Below are positions 1 to 12,150 of a stretch of DNA of 64,000 nt, piece by piece (within the stretch, counting starts at the first letter, position 1; every line of letters begins with the position of its first letter). The notes beneath the pieces were generated by a model that worked only from the letters and a program-made list of their open reading frames with translations, searched no databases and was not told where the DNA came from. The position numbers and the translations under genes are program-made. The stretch covers positions 273,110,001-273,174,000 of the forward strand of contig OZ024740.1 of the NCBI GenBank assembly GCA_964016885.1, in the 5' to 3' direction. The DNA is from Eledone cirrhosa. Lineage: Eukaryota.

Positions 1-750
1 TGGCGGTGACCCTCCATCTCCAGGCCTGTGTTCGGCAGATTTCTTTCAGTGAAAGATCGAGAGTGAGAGATAGGAAATGAGAAGGAGATATAAGGGAAGA
101 ATCGCCTCCAGTACTAAACTAGTACTTTTTTTAATCGACCTTAGAAGGATGAAAGGCAAAGTTGACGTCAGAGCAGAGAGCCGGAACGAATAACATTCTA
201 TCCGATGTTCTAACGAATCTGTCAATTCCCTGCCTATTATCCATAACGATACTAGGTTGTAATTTACTGACATATGATCAATATTTCTAAGTTATAACAC
301 AATGACCAAGGATGAATATTATTTTTACCATAAAGATTTATTTAATATATATCAATATTATTTTTATATTCAAATTTTTTGAGTAAGTTCCAATAATGTT
401 TCGTATTTACTGAATAAAATTCAATATGTCGACAATATCATTGTCCAAATATCATTTTCTCTAAATACGCTTTAAAGTTTACATATACTGCCTAAAAATC
501 AATAATATCTATATGTTGTAATTTACTGAATAAAGTTCAATATTTGTTTCAAGATTAGCATTTATCGAATAATATTCAATAATAATTTAGTGTACAATGT
601 TCAATACTATTTCTGTAATGTAATTTCCCGAATAATGTTCAATATTGTTTTTGAATTGTAATTTACAGAATACAGTTCAATATTCTTCCTGGATTTTGAT
701 GCATTGAATCAGAACCAATATCATTTATAGACTATGATTTTATTAATAAA

Positions 751-960
751 GATTGTTTCTACTTTTAGCCAGCAATTGGAAGGAAAGGAGAAATTCGATT
801 ACATTGACCCCTGTACATTACTGAAACTTTATTTTATTCACCCCGTAATAATGTAAGACAAAGCTATGCTCGACCGGATTTGAACTCAGGACGTAAAGGG
901 CCGTATTTGCATGCCACAAAGCTTTTTGCCCGAAGCTCTACTAATGCTGTCAATCTACTG
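751..960 (-). mobile_element. SINE, diverged long form; an older fragment lies at ~85-235
   Basis: ATTGTTTCTACTTT...GGATTTGAACTCAG similarity to the family. Confidence 0.7.
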
Positions 961-1234
961 TTATTTTAATAATTCTCTCCGCCCCCTAATGTTTACTTGA
1001 GCAAAAATCAATGGTACTTCTCCCATGTAATATACTGAATAAGGATTAATACGTGTGGCGAGCCACATATATATTCTAGACATTAGAAAAAAACAGATTT
1101 AGGCTTCACCATCGACGGAGAGATGGCTCAAGACGAAGAATATTTGTTCTATATTGTAACGTACTAAATAAACATCAATATAGGATCCAGAAGAAACTCA
1201 CTGAATAGGGATTAATATTATTGAAACCTTATCA

Positions 1235-1452
1235 TGGGCGGTGAATTGGCAGTATCGGTAGAGGGTCGGACGCCATGATTTGAAGCATAGAGTTATGGCC
1301 CTTTATGATCTGATTTCAAATCACGCCGAAGTTAACCTTGTCTTTCATCCTTACGGGGTCGATAAAATAAAGTACTAGTCACTCACTGGGGTCGATTTAA
1401 TCGATTTTCCCCTCCCCTAAAATTACTGGTCTTGTGCCTATATAAGAAACCG
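1235..1452 (+). mobile_element. tRNA-derived SINE, long form, with 17-bp TSD
   Basis: A-box-like TGGCAGTATCGG, B-box-like TTCAAATC, core CTTTCATCCTTACGGGGTCGATAAAAT; TSD TTATTGAAACCTTATCA at 1218-1234 and 1453-1469. Confidence 0.9.
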
Positions 1453-1569
1453 TTATTGAAACCTTATCACGTACTAAATAATTATCGGTAATTATTTTAG
1501 CTTACAATTTACTGAATAACGATAAATATTGTTTCCATATTGTAATGTAATTTACTAAATTTAATTTAA

Positions 1570-1745
1570 TAATTATTTCTACATTTGGCACAAGGCCAGC
1601 AATTACCCAAGTGCATTACTGCTACTTTAATTCATCGACCCCGTCAGGATGGAAGGCAAAGTTAAACTCAGCACGCAAAGGGCCATAACTCTATGCTGCA
1701 CAGCTTGGTGCCTGACGCTCTACCGATACTGCCAATCCACCGCCT
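1570..1745 (-). mobile_element. SINE, short form
   Basis: Reverse complement of the family consensus. Confidence 0.8.
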
Positions 1746-1898
1746 TTGATAATAGTAATTATATAAATAAATATATAAATAATTATATTAATAGTTACAT
1801 AAATAAATACACAAATAAATACATAAATATTTATATAGATAAATATATAAATATTTATATAGATAAATATATAAATAAAGATGCTTGATTCTGTCCTG

Positions 1899-2149
1899 TT
1901 TGAAGACACCTGATAAGGATGGTATATCCAATGAGCTACAAACCGTTATTTTTGCAGGTACATCTGCTTTAGTTAGGAGAGATCTAAAAGTAAAAAGACA
2001 GAAATGGCTATTTATTGTTGCTTTCTGCAACAATGAATAGCCATTTCTGTCTTTTTTCTTTTAGATCTCTCCTAACTAAAGCAGATGTACCTGCAAAAAT
2101 AACGGTTTGTAGCTCATTGGATATACCATCCTTATCAGGTGTCTTCAAA
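1899..2149. repeat. Near-perfect 251-bp palindrome with a 5-nt loop
   Basis: TTTGAAGACACC...TTGTTGC-TTTCT-GCAACAA...GGTGTCTTCAAA. Confidence 0.95.
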
Positions 2150-2335
2150 TTGCGGGTCATGTCATGAGAGGCCAAAAAACTACTACAAAACCTTTACTAT
2201 GGGAGCCCACTAAACCTTTACTATGGAGCCCACTAATGTGAAACACAAACGCGGATGACCTTTCAAGACATTAAAGACAGTCAATGAGGAAGATCCGGGG
2301 AAGAACTGAGGCATTTGATGTGTCAGATCGTGTGA
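2150..2335 (+). mobile_element. Degraded RTE-like LINE 3' fragment
   Basis: AGHVMR...LLWEPT...KRG-like remnant. Confidence 0.5.
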
Positions 2336-2444
2336 AAGAGAAAGGCTGTATTTTGGGATGTCACAACAAAGAATTGGGTGAATTTAAAAGTTGTTATTAA
2401 ATAAAAATTATCAGTGCTTCTCTAGTGTACTTTACTGAATGATA

Positions 2445-2790
2445 AGACAGTAAACATGCACATAAACGTTCACCAGGTCCGAACACAGAGGAGCCGAACT
2501 CCCACTGTCATTGCCTCCATCTTTCTCGCCCTCCCCATCTCTAACTATGATGACAAAATGATCGGTAGATTGGATGGCTCTTCCAGCGCATCTTCCTTAC
2601 CCCCACCACCCCTCCGGGGAAACGCCTTCTCCATTCTGTCCGCCGGGGCCACGGGACGGCCATCACGTGGGACCCTATTGTGCATAATATCGAGAGATGA
2701 GGAGGGCGAGAGAGATGGAGGCAATGACAGTGGGTGTTTGGCTCCTCTTCGTTCGGAACTGTACGTGTATGTGCATGCTTACTGTCTATT
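2445..2790. mobile_element. Inverted pair of CRE-like 3' end fragments
   Basis: LRGNAFSILS-encoding segment at ~2612-2660 similar to 42260-42300; 2445-2545 is a diverged reverse complement of 2690-2790. Confidence 0.65.
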
Positions 2791-2884
2791 CAGTTAGACT
2801 TTACTGAATAAATGCAATTATATTTCTACATTTTAATTTACTGAATGAATATCGATAATGCCTTTGGATTAAGATTTATTGAAT

Positions 2885-3058
2885 AATTGTTTCTACTTTT
2901 GGCACAAGGCCAGCATTTACCCAGTACATTACTGGTACTTTATTTTATCGACCCCGTAAGGATGAAAGGCAAAGTTAACTTTAGAGGGATTTGAACTCAG
3001 ATCATAAAGGGACGTAACTATGCTGGAAAGCATGTCCGACCCTCTACCGATACTGCCA
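2885..3058 (-). mobile_element. SINE, short form
   Basis: Reverse complement of the family consensus. Confidence 0.85.
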
Positions 3059-3377
3059 AGATCAATAGTATGTCTAGATTATATTTTACTGAATGACAAT
3101 CAATAATGCTTGTGGAATGTAATTTATTATATAAAAGTCAATAATGTTTGGTTCGACATTATATCTTACTGAATAAGGAACAATACTATTCCTACCTTAC
3201 AATGTGATAAATATAGATAAATATTGTCACTGGTTTTTAATTTACTGAATATGGATCAGTAACGTTTGTAATTTTATTTTATTACATTAGAACAAATGAT
3301 ATTTTATTAGTTATGTGGCATTATACACACAGACACACACATAAATTCATACATACATACATACATACATACATACA

Positions 3378-3413
<36 letters not shown>

Positions 3414-3930
3414 TATAACAAAGGAAGTGTGGTAAGGAACAAGATGGACCATAACGTACCAAAGTACTCAATAATTAGGGTAGTAGAGTGGGTAATAGGA
3501 ACAAGATTCCGATAGAGAATTAGACTACCTCACTAATTTTTGATGTAACACGAGTAATTTCTATGGTTCACCGAGCAGTGAAAGAGGGTGAAAGAGGCTG
3601 AGAGAGGGTATGAGAGAGAGAGATAAACTGAAGCTGAAATATTCAGTATATATGTTATATATATATAACCATGAGAGACAACTGCTGTGGTGTGGACTGG
3701 AAGTGTTGTGTTAAACGCCGATAAATCCTGTTCAATTAGGTGTTCACTTCGAACAATTGTCAACACAAACTGGTGATCAGGTGTGTTCCTGAGACATTTG
3801 GAGTCACTGACTAATATTTACTACTGCGTATCTCGTTGCATAGAGCTTAGTAATCAATGTTATAATGATATGAGAAAAATGTTGAAACATTGATTACTAG
3901 CGTTGATATGGTCATTATAATGATGAAGAC

Positions 3931-3963
<33 letters not shown>

Positions 3964-5937
3964 ATTGGTGGTGTTGTTATTGGTAAAGTTGGTCGTGGTG
4001 TAGGATAGGGTGGTGATTATGACAAGGTGGATGATATTAATGTTGGTGGTAATGTTTCTATAATATTAGTCCGAAGAGAAACCATCAGAACCTTCGTTAT
4101 TCGTGAGTACAGGAGCTGATTGGTTTACCAGTTCCATTTGAATGACATTTGTATCATCGCAATGAGATTTTATTGCTTCCCTCTGAAATTCGAGCAGCAA
4201 CATAATTTTATCATAATATATTCCAACAACAAAACAACAACAACAACAGGAAAAACATTATCAACATCACCCATAACACTAACGAAAAACCCAGTATATA
4301 TATATGCACATCGTATTCCCTCCAATCAAATCACATACGAGAATAACAATAAAGAATGTAAAAAACAGAAAGTGTGAAGAAAAAAAAAATCAAAATCAAA
4401 ATCAAAGAATTGGCATACGCCAATTGACACGTATTTACATAAAATTATACGCACACATACAAAACACTCTCTTATAAATGAGCGTGCACAAAAACACGCA
4501 TATACAGACAGACTCTCTCATGAACAATTTCTTAGTCGTATAATATCAGACACATAAATATAGCAAAATGAAATTAGTTGAGAAAGTGAGTGAAGTGAGG
4601 GAGAATTGCTTTGAATTGAGGTATGACATTGATGGAATGATATTCAAATGATGTCTCAAATCATGAAAATATCCTCATGTTAAATAGCTGTATATTCCTT
4701 AAGTGATATCAGATTATGGAAGTGTTGTGTACAGTTAATCCTTAACCAATACCTTTCTTCCCTATATATCGTACAGCAACAGATTGACTCTTATCAATTG
4801 TAATGTATTCATTACAAGTCATAAAGAGCTTATGGAAAACGGTTATATGTTTTTGCTATGAGTGTTCTTTTTATATCTTCAGTCTTTGTGTTTTTGTATC
4901 ATAATTTTTTATGCTTTTTTATGTTTTCTTTTAATCCTTACTCTATAAAAAATAATAAGGTGAAAATATAAGCATTATAATACTGTTTCGTTTTACATAT
5001 ATGTGTATTTTTTTTATCTTCTCATAGGTTTAGTTTCGTAGAAAGTTAGTGGACGATGTGTGCTTTTGTTTGATAGTATATGTATGTAATATAGAAACAT
5101 TCTAAAGATAAACGATGAATAAAGCAGTCTTAAAACGCAAACAAACGACACATTTACAAAATCAAAGAATATGAATATAAATAATGACAATAACGATGAG
5201 AAACAAAAGTAGAACATGAGAACGACTGATGCTGATAAAACAAAGAAGACTCGTAGTACTGATGATGATGATGATGATGATGATGATGACGAGGATGAGA
5301 ATATGGGTATGAGAGAATAGGGGGTGGGTGGGCGATAAGGATCACGGGAATGGTGATGATGGGAACTTTCCTGATGAAATAATGATGAAATAGTGATGAA
5401 ATAATGAGGAAAGTGATGAGGGAGAAAACGGTGATCACACGACGAAATGATGACGTGGATAATGATATTGATGAAGACGACTAAACTGTTACAATAGCGG
5501 TGGTGATGATGATGGTGATGATGATGATGATGATGATGATGATAATAATGATGATGATGATGATACTGAGGAGGAGGATGACGATGATGGTGGTGGTGAT
5601 GATGATGATGCTGATGATGAACATGATGATGATGATGATAACAACGAAGATGATAATGGCGAAGACGATTAGGATGGCGAAGATGATAAAGATGACAATA
5701 GAACTGAGAATGTTTGTTTTAACGATGCATGGATCCGATATGGAAAATAACAATGATAACCCTAATATTGATGATGATGATGATGATGATGATCTATTGA
5801 ATATAATGGTGATGATGATGGCATAGTTGAAGGTGGATGCATTTAGAGATTCCATCATCCTCAATAATGGCTCTAGAGCCAAGATACATATGTACATATA
5901 CATACATATACTTACATACATATACATATATATACAT

Positions 5938-5969
<32 letters not shown>

Positions 5970-5974
5970 GCGAC

Positions 5975-6160
5975 ATCATGGAGGACCTCCTCAGCAGAAT
6001 CGGTGAATGCAACCTGTCTAAGGACCTAACAGGTTGCATGGATGTAGTGTCCCTATACCCATCCATCGACGTTGTTTTTTTTTGCTGTGGAAAAATGCGT
6101 CGAAAGAATGAGCGAGAGCGATGTGGAATTCCATTGGATTGATACCAGTGAGCTGGGACT
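5975..6160 (+). mobile_element. Possible Penelope-like RT fragment
   Basis: MDVVSLYPSIDV motif next to (TA)n; very short. Confidence 0.4.
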
Positions 6161-6602
6161 TGCTACTTAAACTCACACACAATAAGGATTATTTAGACAC
6201 ACGACCTCAGCAGCCTGTATGTATACACGTCGAATCTCTGCACAGTTTCCTTCACCGAAATGTTGTTCACAAGGCGTTGGCCAACTCAACTCTATAGTTG
6301 ATGTTAGGTAGGGGACTAACCCGAAACCAAGTGGTTGTGATGAACTAATAAAAGCAAGACACTGCATTACATTTGCAACGCAGCATGAAATCAAGCAGCA
6401 TTTCTTACAGCAATATTTAACCCTTCTTAAGTATAATTGCATTAACTGAGATAGAAATAGTTATTTCCATTGTATAGTTCTTTTCTATTTGAATACCATT
6501 AATCTTTAGTGGCGTTCTTTGTTTTTATAGAAGGCTGACTGATTTGGGGTGTATAACCCAACGAAACGTATGTACCTGTATGTACACTCATGTACACTGT
6601 TG

Positions 6603-6683
<81 letters not shown>

Positions 6684-7266
6684 TTATATATGCATTCGTG
6701 AGTTTTATACCGAATAATGATAAAATATATTCTTTTCCAAGCGAACATCCTCATATTATTCGATATAAACCGCATGAATGCATATACATATCTTCTGTGT
6801 TAGAGCTCTAACACATTTGCCTTTAATTTTCGGCAAAGCCCAGCATAAAATAAATCGTTATGCAAATTAGGCTAATCAAGCAATATATACTTTAGAGAAT
6901 ACTTCATATTCAAGAGCTGTTGTATTTAGTAGGAAAAAGCTAGATACACACTCTTGATAAAGTGGCAATAACACCGAAACAATTGTCGATTATTTCTCTC
7001 TGCTACAACTAGAAAAAAAGGAAGACGATAGTCGTCTAAAAACATAATAATATTAATATAAAATATTTATAATGTTATTATAAAACTAGTATAAATCGAT
7101 ATAAACTCACGAATGCCCTTACGTGTCCGCTATGTTAGATCGAAAAATGTTTGTTTATATATATATATGTATGTATATATATTAGACCGTAAAAAGTTTA
7201 TATATATATATATATAAAATAAAGTTAAATAAAAAGTCAAATGTTTAAAATTTAGCTTCGTTTATT

Positions 7267-7321
7267 ACTGCTATATATATTTCAGTGACAGCCATCTTTG
7301 GCTGTGACCTCTTCAGGCAGT
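7267..7321 (-). ncRNA. Type I hammerhead ribozyme with minimal stem III
   Basis: Minus strand: ACUGC-CUGAAGA-GGUCACAGCCA(AAGA)UGGCUGUCACU-GAAA-UAUAU-AUA/GCAGU, followed by AAUAAA. Confidence 0.88.
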
Positions 7322-7703
7322 CCGAATTAGTGTGGTATAGACAAGTACATATGTTGTTGAGGTGTATAATTTTATCAATACTCTGATATACCCAGTTCCT
7401 GGTTGGATTGTTATTTCACTGAGGAACTGGAATCATATGAATTCAAACAAACGAATTTCAGTGTCAAAGGGCCTCTTCTCCACTCATTGGTCAGTTAGAA
7501 CATCCTCATTCTAAGTGTTGTTATTGTTGAAGTTAGCTTAAAAAATTGATAAAGTGGTAGAAGGAACAAGGTGGTAAAGGAACAAAATAAGAAAAAAAAA
7601 GTGTCAAACTTCGCATTGGTCAGTTTTGAGAGCATTCCCCAGTCAGAAGTCTATAGAATTCTTTCTGGGGTGAGGCTCCCTGTAGTGTTTGTGTTATATA
7701 TAT

Positions 7704-8023
7704 ATATCACATAGAAAAAGAGAATCAGTGTTGCGACGAATGGAATTTATTGGACATATTACAATCGTTTCTCTGGCGACCAGCTCAAGGCACGATCGAT
7801 GTGATGATCGTACCTGATGTCACGATCGTACCTAAATCACAAGGTCCTCAGATACGTCTTGAGGATTCGTAGAATCATGACGTATCTGAGGACCTTGCGA
7901 TCTTTAGAGTCAGGTACGATCATCACATCGATCGTGGGTCGAGCTGGTCGCCAGAGAGACGATTGTAATATGCCCAATAAATTCCATTCATCGCAACACT
8001 GATTCTCTTTTTTTCTGTGATAT
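7704..8023. repeat. Fold-back palindrome carrying a hammerhead-like motif
   Basis: Arms meet at GATTC-GTA-GAATC (~7870); abuts (TA)n. Confidence 0.9.
7753..7858 (-). ncRNA. Candidate hammerhead with very long stem II domain; plus-strand mirror at 7879-7974 has GAAA changed to GAGA
   Basis: GACGUAU-CUGAGGA-(long insert)-GAAA-CGAUU-GUA/AUAUGUC, then AAUAAA; stem II closure is imperfect. Confidence 0.6.
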
Positions 8024-8097
8024 CATACGCTGCTCTATGAGAGCATCGAGTGCTCATACAGCCTACCGCACACGGACGCTTTAAGCATCCAACACCA

Positions 8098-8189
<92 letters not shown>

Positions 8190-8363
8190 GGTGTCATTAC
8201 TACAGTAGCTGGCTGACGATCTTTTGATTCCAGAATCGGGCCAGATCGATACAGATCGAACCTTGAACTGATCAATAGCGAAACGGGCGTCGCAAAATCA
8301 TTAAACGTAATGAAGGGTTAACAAATCATCCTTCTATTATTATATATTATATATAACACACAC

Positions 8364-8399
<36 letters not shown>

Positions 8400-8444
8400 T
8401 GTTATACTTTGGGTGGGTCATGTTGCCAATAAATCCAGAAAAGT

Positions 8445-8477
<33 letters not shown>

Positions 8478-9349
8478 TTGTGTTTGTGTGTGCATGTGTA
8501 TGTGTATGTGTGTGTGTGTGTGTGTGTGTGCATGCAGGCATATATATATATATATATATATGCGTATGGTTTTGTGTTAGTGTGCACGTATATATCGAAA
8601 TGTGTATCTAGATTATTTTTTAATACATCTCATAAATACATACATACATTCATACATTGGTGCCCGTGTTTTCTAGTATTCATACACATAGTACTCTATT
8701 TTCCTTTGCACAAAAAATACAAAACAAAATCCTAATGATAATAATAATAATCGTAATATTAATAATAATATTAATAATAACCTCACCCAAATTTTCCTCA
8801 CTCACCCAAGTGAATTTGTTTTGTTGTCCAGCCTCAAAGGAGAATGCGGAATGGTAATTAATGATTAATTCAATTATCCTCAAAAGAAATCAGGACTATT
8901 ATTATCATGCTTTTCGTTTTTCGTATTTTTATTTTTATTTTTATATCTCCCCATCCCTCCTCTTATAACTTTATCCATCCACGTAATATTCTTCCTTTAG
9001 CAATTTTAAGAAAGAAGCACAAGAAATTTCCTCGATTTTCATCCCATTGTTGTTGAGAATTTACAATTTTTTATACTCCCCACTAACACTTCCCGAAATT
9101 TCTATACATACATCATCACTCCCACCTCAAACGTAAAAAATATATATATAAATAATATAGAATATAAATGAATAAATAAATATAAATATTTGAAGATGAA
9201 AATGTAAAAAAAAAAAAAAAAATAGTTATAATGTAGAGAGAACCATCCAGAGGAATATTTCTATATTTTAATGTTCTTGTTAATTTCCGTCTCTTATACA
9301 ATCTCACACCATCTTCCCTTTCCTCTTAGTCTTCATCATTATTATAGTC

Positions 9350-9765
9350 CAAATCATCATCATCATCATCATCATCTTGTGCTTGCTGTTGTTGCTGTTG
9401 TTGTTGTTGTATTTCTTCTTCTTCTTCTTCTTCTTCTTCTTCTTCTTCTTCTTCTTCTTCTTCTTCTTCTTCTTCTTCTTCTTCTTCTTCCTCCTCCTCG
9501 TCCTCCTTCTCCTCCCCCTCATTCTTCTTCTTGTTCTTCTTTTTCTTCTTCTTCTCCCCCTCCCCTCCGCCTCCCATTTCTTCTTCTTCTTAACAACAAC
9601 CAGTTGGCATCATTTGCAGCAGCAGTAACACCACCACCATCACCACCACTACCACCACCACCACCACCACTACCACCACCATCACCACCACCACCACCAC
9701 CACCACCACCACCACCACCACCACCACCATCGCCATCATCACCACCATCTCCACCACTACAAACA
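9350..9765. repeat. Compound microsatellite (CAT)n/(GTT)n/(CTT)n/(CCA)n
   Basis: Direct reading. Similar compound tracts at 5260-5820, 19483-19693, 24165-24400 and 52000-52445; (GA)n at 24537-24644; (TTC)n at 31137-31206, 48121-48263 and 58995-59090; (TATC)n at 52578-52740; many (TA)n and (CA)n tracts. Confidence 0.97.
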
Positions 9766-10262
9766 TCAACGGGGGTTATCACCTCCTACTATTATTACCA
9801 GTGAAAGCAGACGCTGCACCGCCCAATACGACCATCGCCATTATCATCATCACAATTACTCTTTGTTGGTTATAGGATCTTATACAAATGATATTTGTTG
9901 CCCTCTGGAGTAAAGTACAAATTATATTTATCCTCAGTTCCCTCTCCATACCAACATTAATTCTATTTAGTGTTAACGCTACATTTGTAATAAACGTTCA
10001 TCTCCATATTGCAGTTGGCCCTTAAAAATGTATTATAATATATTTTCAGATATATTATTTATATCAATATCTTATTTAGCCTTGTTTCAAACCTGTTCCA
10101 CATCATTCCAAGGATACTATACTTATATGGGGGAATTCGACTGGCAATAAGTAATGTAGTTATTGAGACACGTGCATCTACCTATGTATGTATCGACATT
10201 TCGATGTATGTATATATATATACATGCATGTATCAACAATTTGTGCATATATATATATATAT

Positions 10263-10454
10263 ATAGGAGTAAGTAAGACCCCGACGGCTGAGCTCAAGCC
10301 GTTTCGACGGCTAATTCTGTACAGAATTAGCCGTCGAAACGGCTTGAGCTCAGCCGTCGGGGTCTTACTTACTCCTATTACCCACTCTACTACCCTAAGT
10401 ATTGAGTACTTTGGTGCGTTATGGTCCACCTGGTCCCTTACCACTTTTCCTTCG

Positions 10455-10456
<2 letters not shown>
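10263..10456 (+). mobile_element. Family A (TA)n-embedded fold-back element: perfect 116-bp palindrome plus tail
   Basis: Centre TGTACA at 10318-10323; right arm contains GAAAC-GGC..GCC-GUC; other copies at 22527-22760 and 61105-61300, partial copies at 3417-3505, 37795-37875 and 61910-62270. Confidence 0.88.
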
Positions 10457-10502
<46 letters not shown>

Positions 10503-10505
<3 letters not shown>

Positions 10506-10640
10506 TGGTTAGAGAATTGGTTCGCAATCGTGAGGTTGTGAATTCGATTTCTGGACCGGGCGATGCGTTATGTCCTTCAGCAAAACACTTTATTTTACGT
10601 TGCTCCTTCTACCTGGAGTTGCGACCGATGGATAGTATTA
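10503..10640 (+). mobile_element. Second tRNA-derived SINE type (CORE-like) fragment
   Basis: GAGTGGTTAGAG...AATTCGATTTC head followed by TGTCCTTCAGCAAAACACTTTA, a CORE-like segment. Confidence 0.55.
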
Positions 10641-10726
10641 GCAATTGGAAAAACCAACGGAAACACTGTTTCCTCGGTCCGATTTCACGAAAAGTCGATC
10701 GAGTACAATAGATATATATATATATT

Positions 10727-11221
10727 GCTAGGGTCTACTAGTGACGCAGTACCAGTTCTTGCTTGCCACCGTCGTTACTTTGTCTCCAAATGCGGAGGAA
10801 TATGTAGGCCCAAGATATATATATATATATATAGTAATAATAATAGTAATAATAATAATAGTAATAATAATAAATGTGAAGACTAAAATCCAAAGAGGGC
10901 TCGATAAGGATAAATATATATGAAATATGTAAGAACCCTAGAGCAAATATTTATTAAAATAACAGATTAATGTTTAAGCAAAGAATCGCTGCGATTCTTT
11001 GCTTAAACATTAATCTGTTATTTTAATAAATATTTGCTCTAGGGTTCTTACATATTTCATATATATTTATCCTTATCGAGCCCTCTTTGGATTTTAGTCT
11101 TCACATTTATTATTATTACTATTATATATATATCTTGGGCCTACATATTCCTCTGCCTTTGGAAATCACGTGACAAGCTGTCAAGCAAGAACTGCTACTG
11201 CGTCACTAGTAGACCCTAGCG
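10727..11221. repeat. Nested inverted repeats: outer ~90-bp diverged arms around an inner ~260-bp perfect family C palindrome
   Basis: Outer arms GCTAGGGTCTACTAGTGACGCAGTA / TACTGCGTCACTAGTAGACCCTAGC; inner centre AAGAATCGC-T-GCGATTCTT at ~10990. Confidence 0.92.
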
Positions 11222-11789
11222 ATAGAACGAGAAGGATCGCTACCCGTTGATGAAATTCTGTGATGATCCTGGCTGCGTCCATTTCATCCAGACAATTGTG
11301 GATTTAATGCGTGACTTCTGCGTGCTGAGTGCAATTATTGCAACGCAGTGCACAGGATACGGAGAAGAAACCAACGATTTCGTTTGGTCCGGGCTAAATT
11401 GTTTAGACCCGCACATAATCCAGAACTTACCACTAATAACTAAATGCGTGCGCTCTTAATCTAGATCAGGCGTTTCGGAAGTGCAAGTTCCGTGAATTCA
11501 TTGAGCGAGTGGGAAAGTTCGACGTACTAGCACAAACTCAGTTTGTCTAGTTCGATGCACTTATACACCCCCCCGCATACACACCTATACATACACACTC
11601 TCACACACATATAGTTTAAAATAGACACCAAATACATTAAATGCCGATTTAACTTCGCCACCTATCTTTATAATTAATTTTATATTGTTTTTGTAAAAAA
11701 CGATAATTATTTCATATATATGTATATATATATATATATATATATAAATATATATTTATATATACAGCTATACGTTATATATAGATATA

Positions 11790-12150
11790 AATAGCAAAGT
11801 TGACATGGCCCGCAGAATGAGTTCCTGGATTCTCAGAACTTTCCAGTCGAGTTATATCCACGCTATTGTCGTTCTCTTCTCTACTTTTGCCCGACCCCAC
11901 CTTTAATACTCTTGTCCACTCAGGTCTCCCCAAAGTATCATGAAAAGGTCAATCACGGTCAATCACGAAAAAGATAGATTGCATGTCAGACTATTGGGGT
12001 CGACTAGAAAAACTCAAACTTTATTCTGTCTGGGGCCGCCGTGAGCGCTACATTATCTGCATTATGTGGAAAATATTCCATCAACATTACTCAAATGATG
12101 TTTTGCATCACCTTTAAACTACACCCAAGGCTTGGGTCCCATGCCATCCA
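11790..12150 (+). mobile_element. CR1/L2/Jockey-group LINE fragment (RT C-terminus)
   Basis: ARRMSSWILRTF, FARPHL.YSCP, DYWGRLEKLKLYS, RRERYII motifs. Confidence 0.65.

Larger units (their letters stand above)
255..3290. repeat. Old degenerate ~35-40-bp tandem array (TTTACTGAATAA...AATATTGTTTC) interrupted by insertions
   Basis: Recurrent AATTTACTGAATAA motif at roughly regular spacing in 255-760, 960-1570 and 2790-3290. Confidence 0.6.

Noticed and set aside
5481-5951. Low-complexity ORFs (poly-I, poly-M, YIYI, CVCV, poly-K/E) throughout the window
   Set aside because: Translations of microsatellites.
6532-6992. Hammerhead-like motifs at ~6532-6577 and ~6949-6992 (also ~3703-3766 and ~21655-21710)
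   Set aside because: Cores or stems are mutated (CTGACTGA, TTGATAA, missing pairs); noted only as possible decayed copies.
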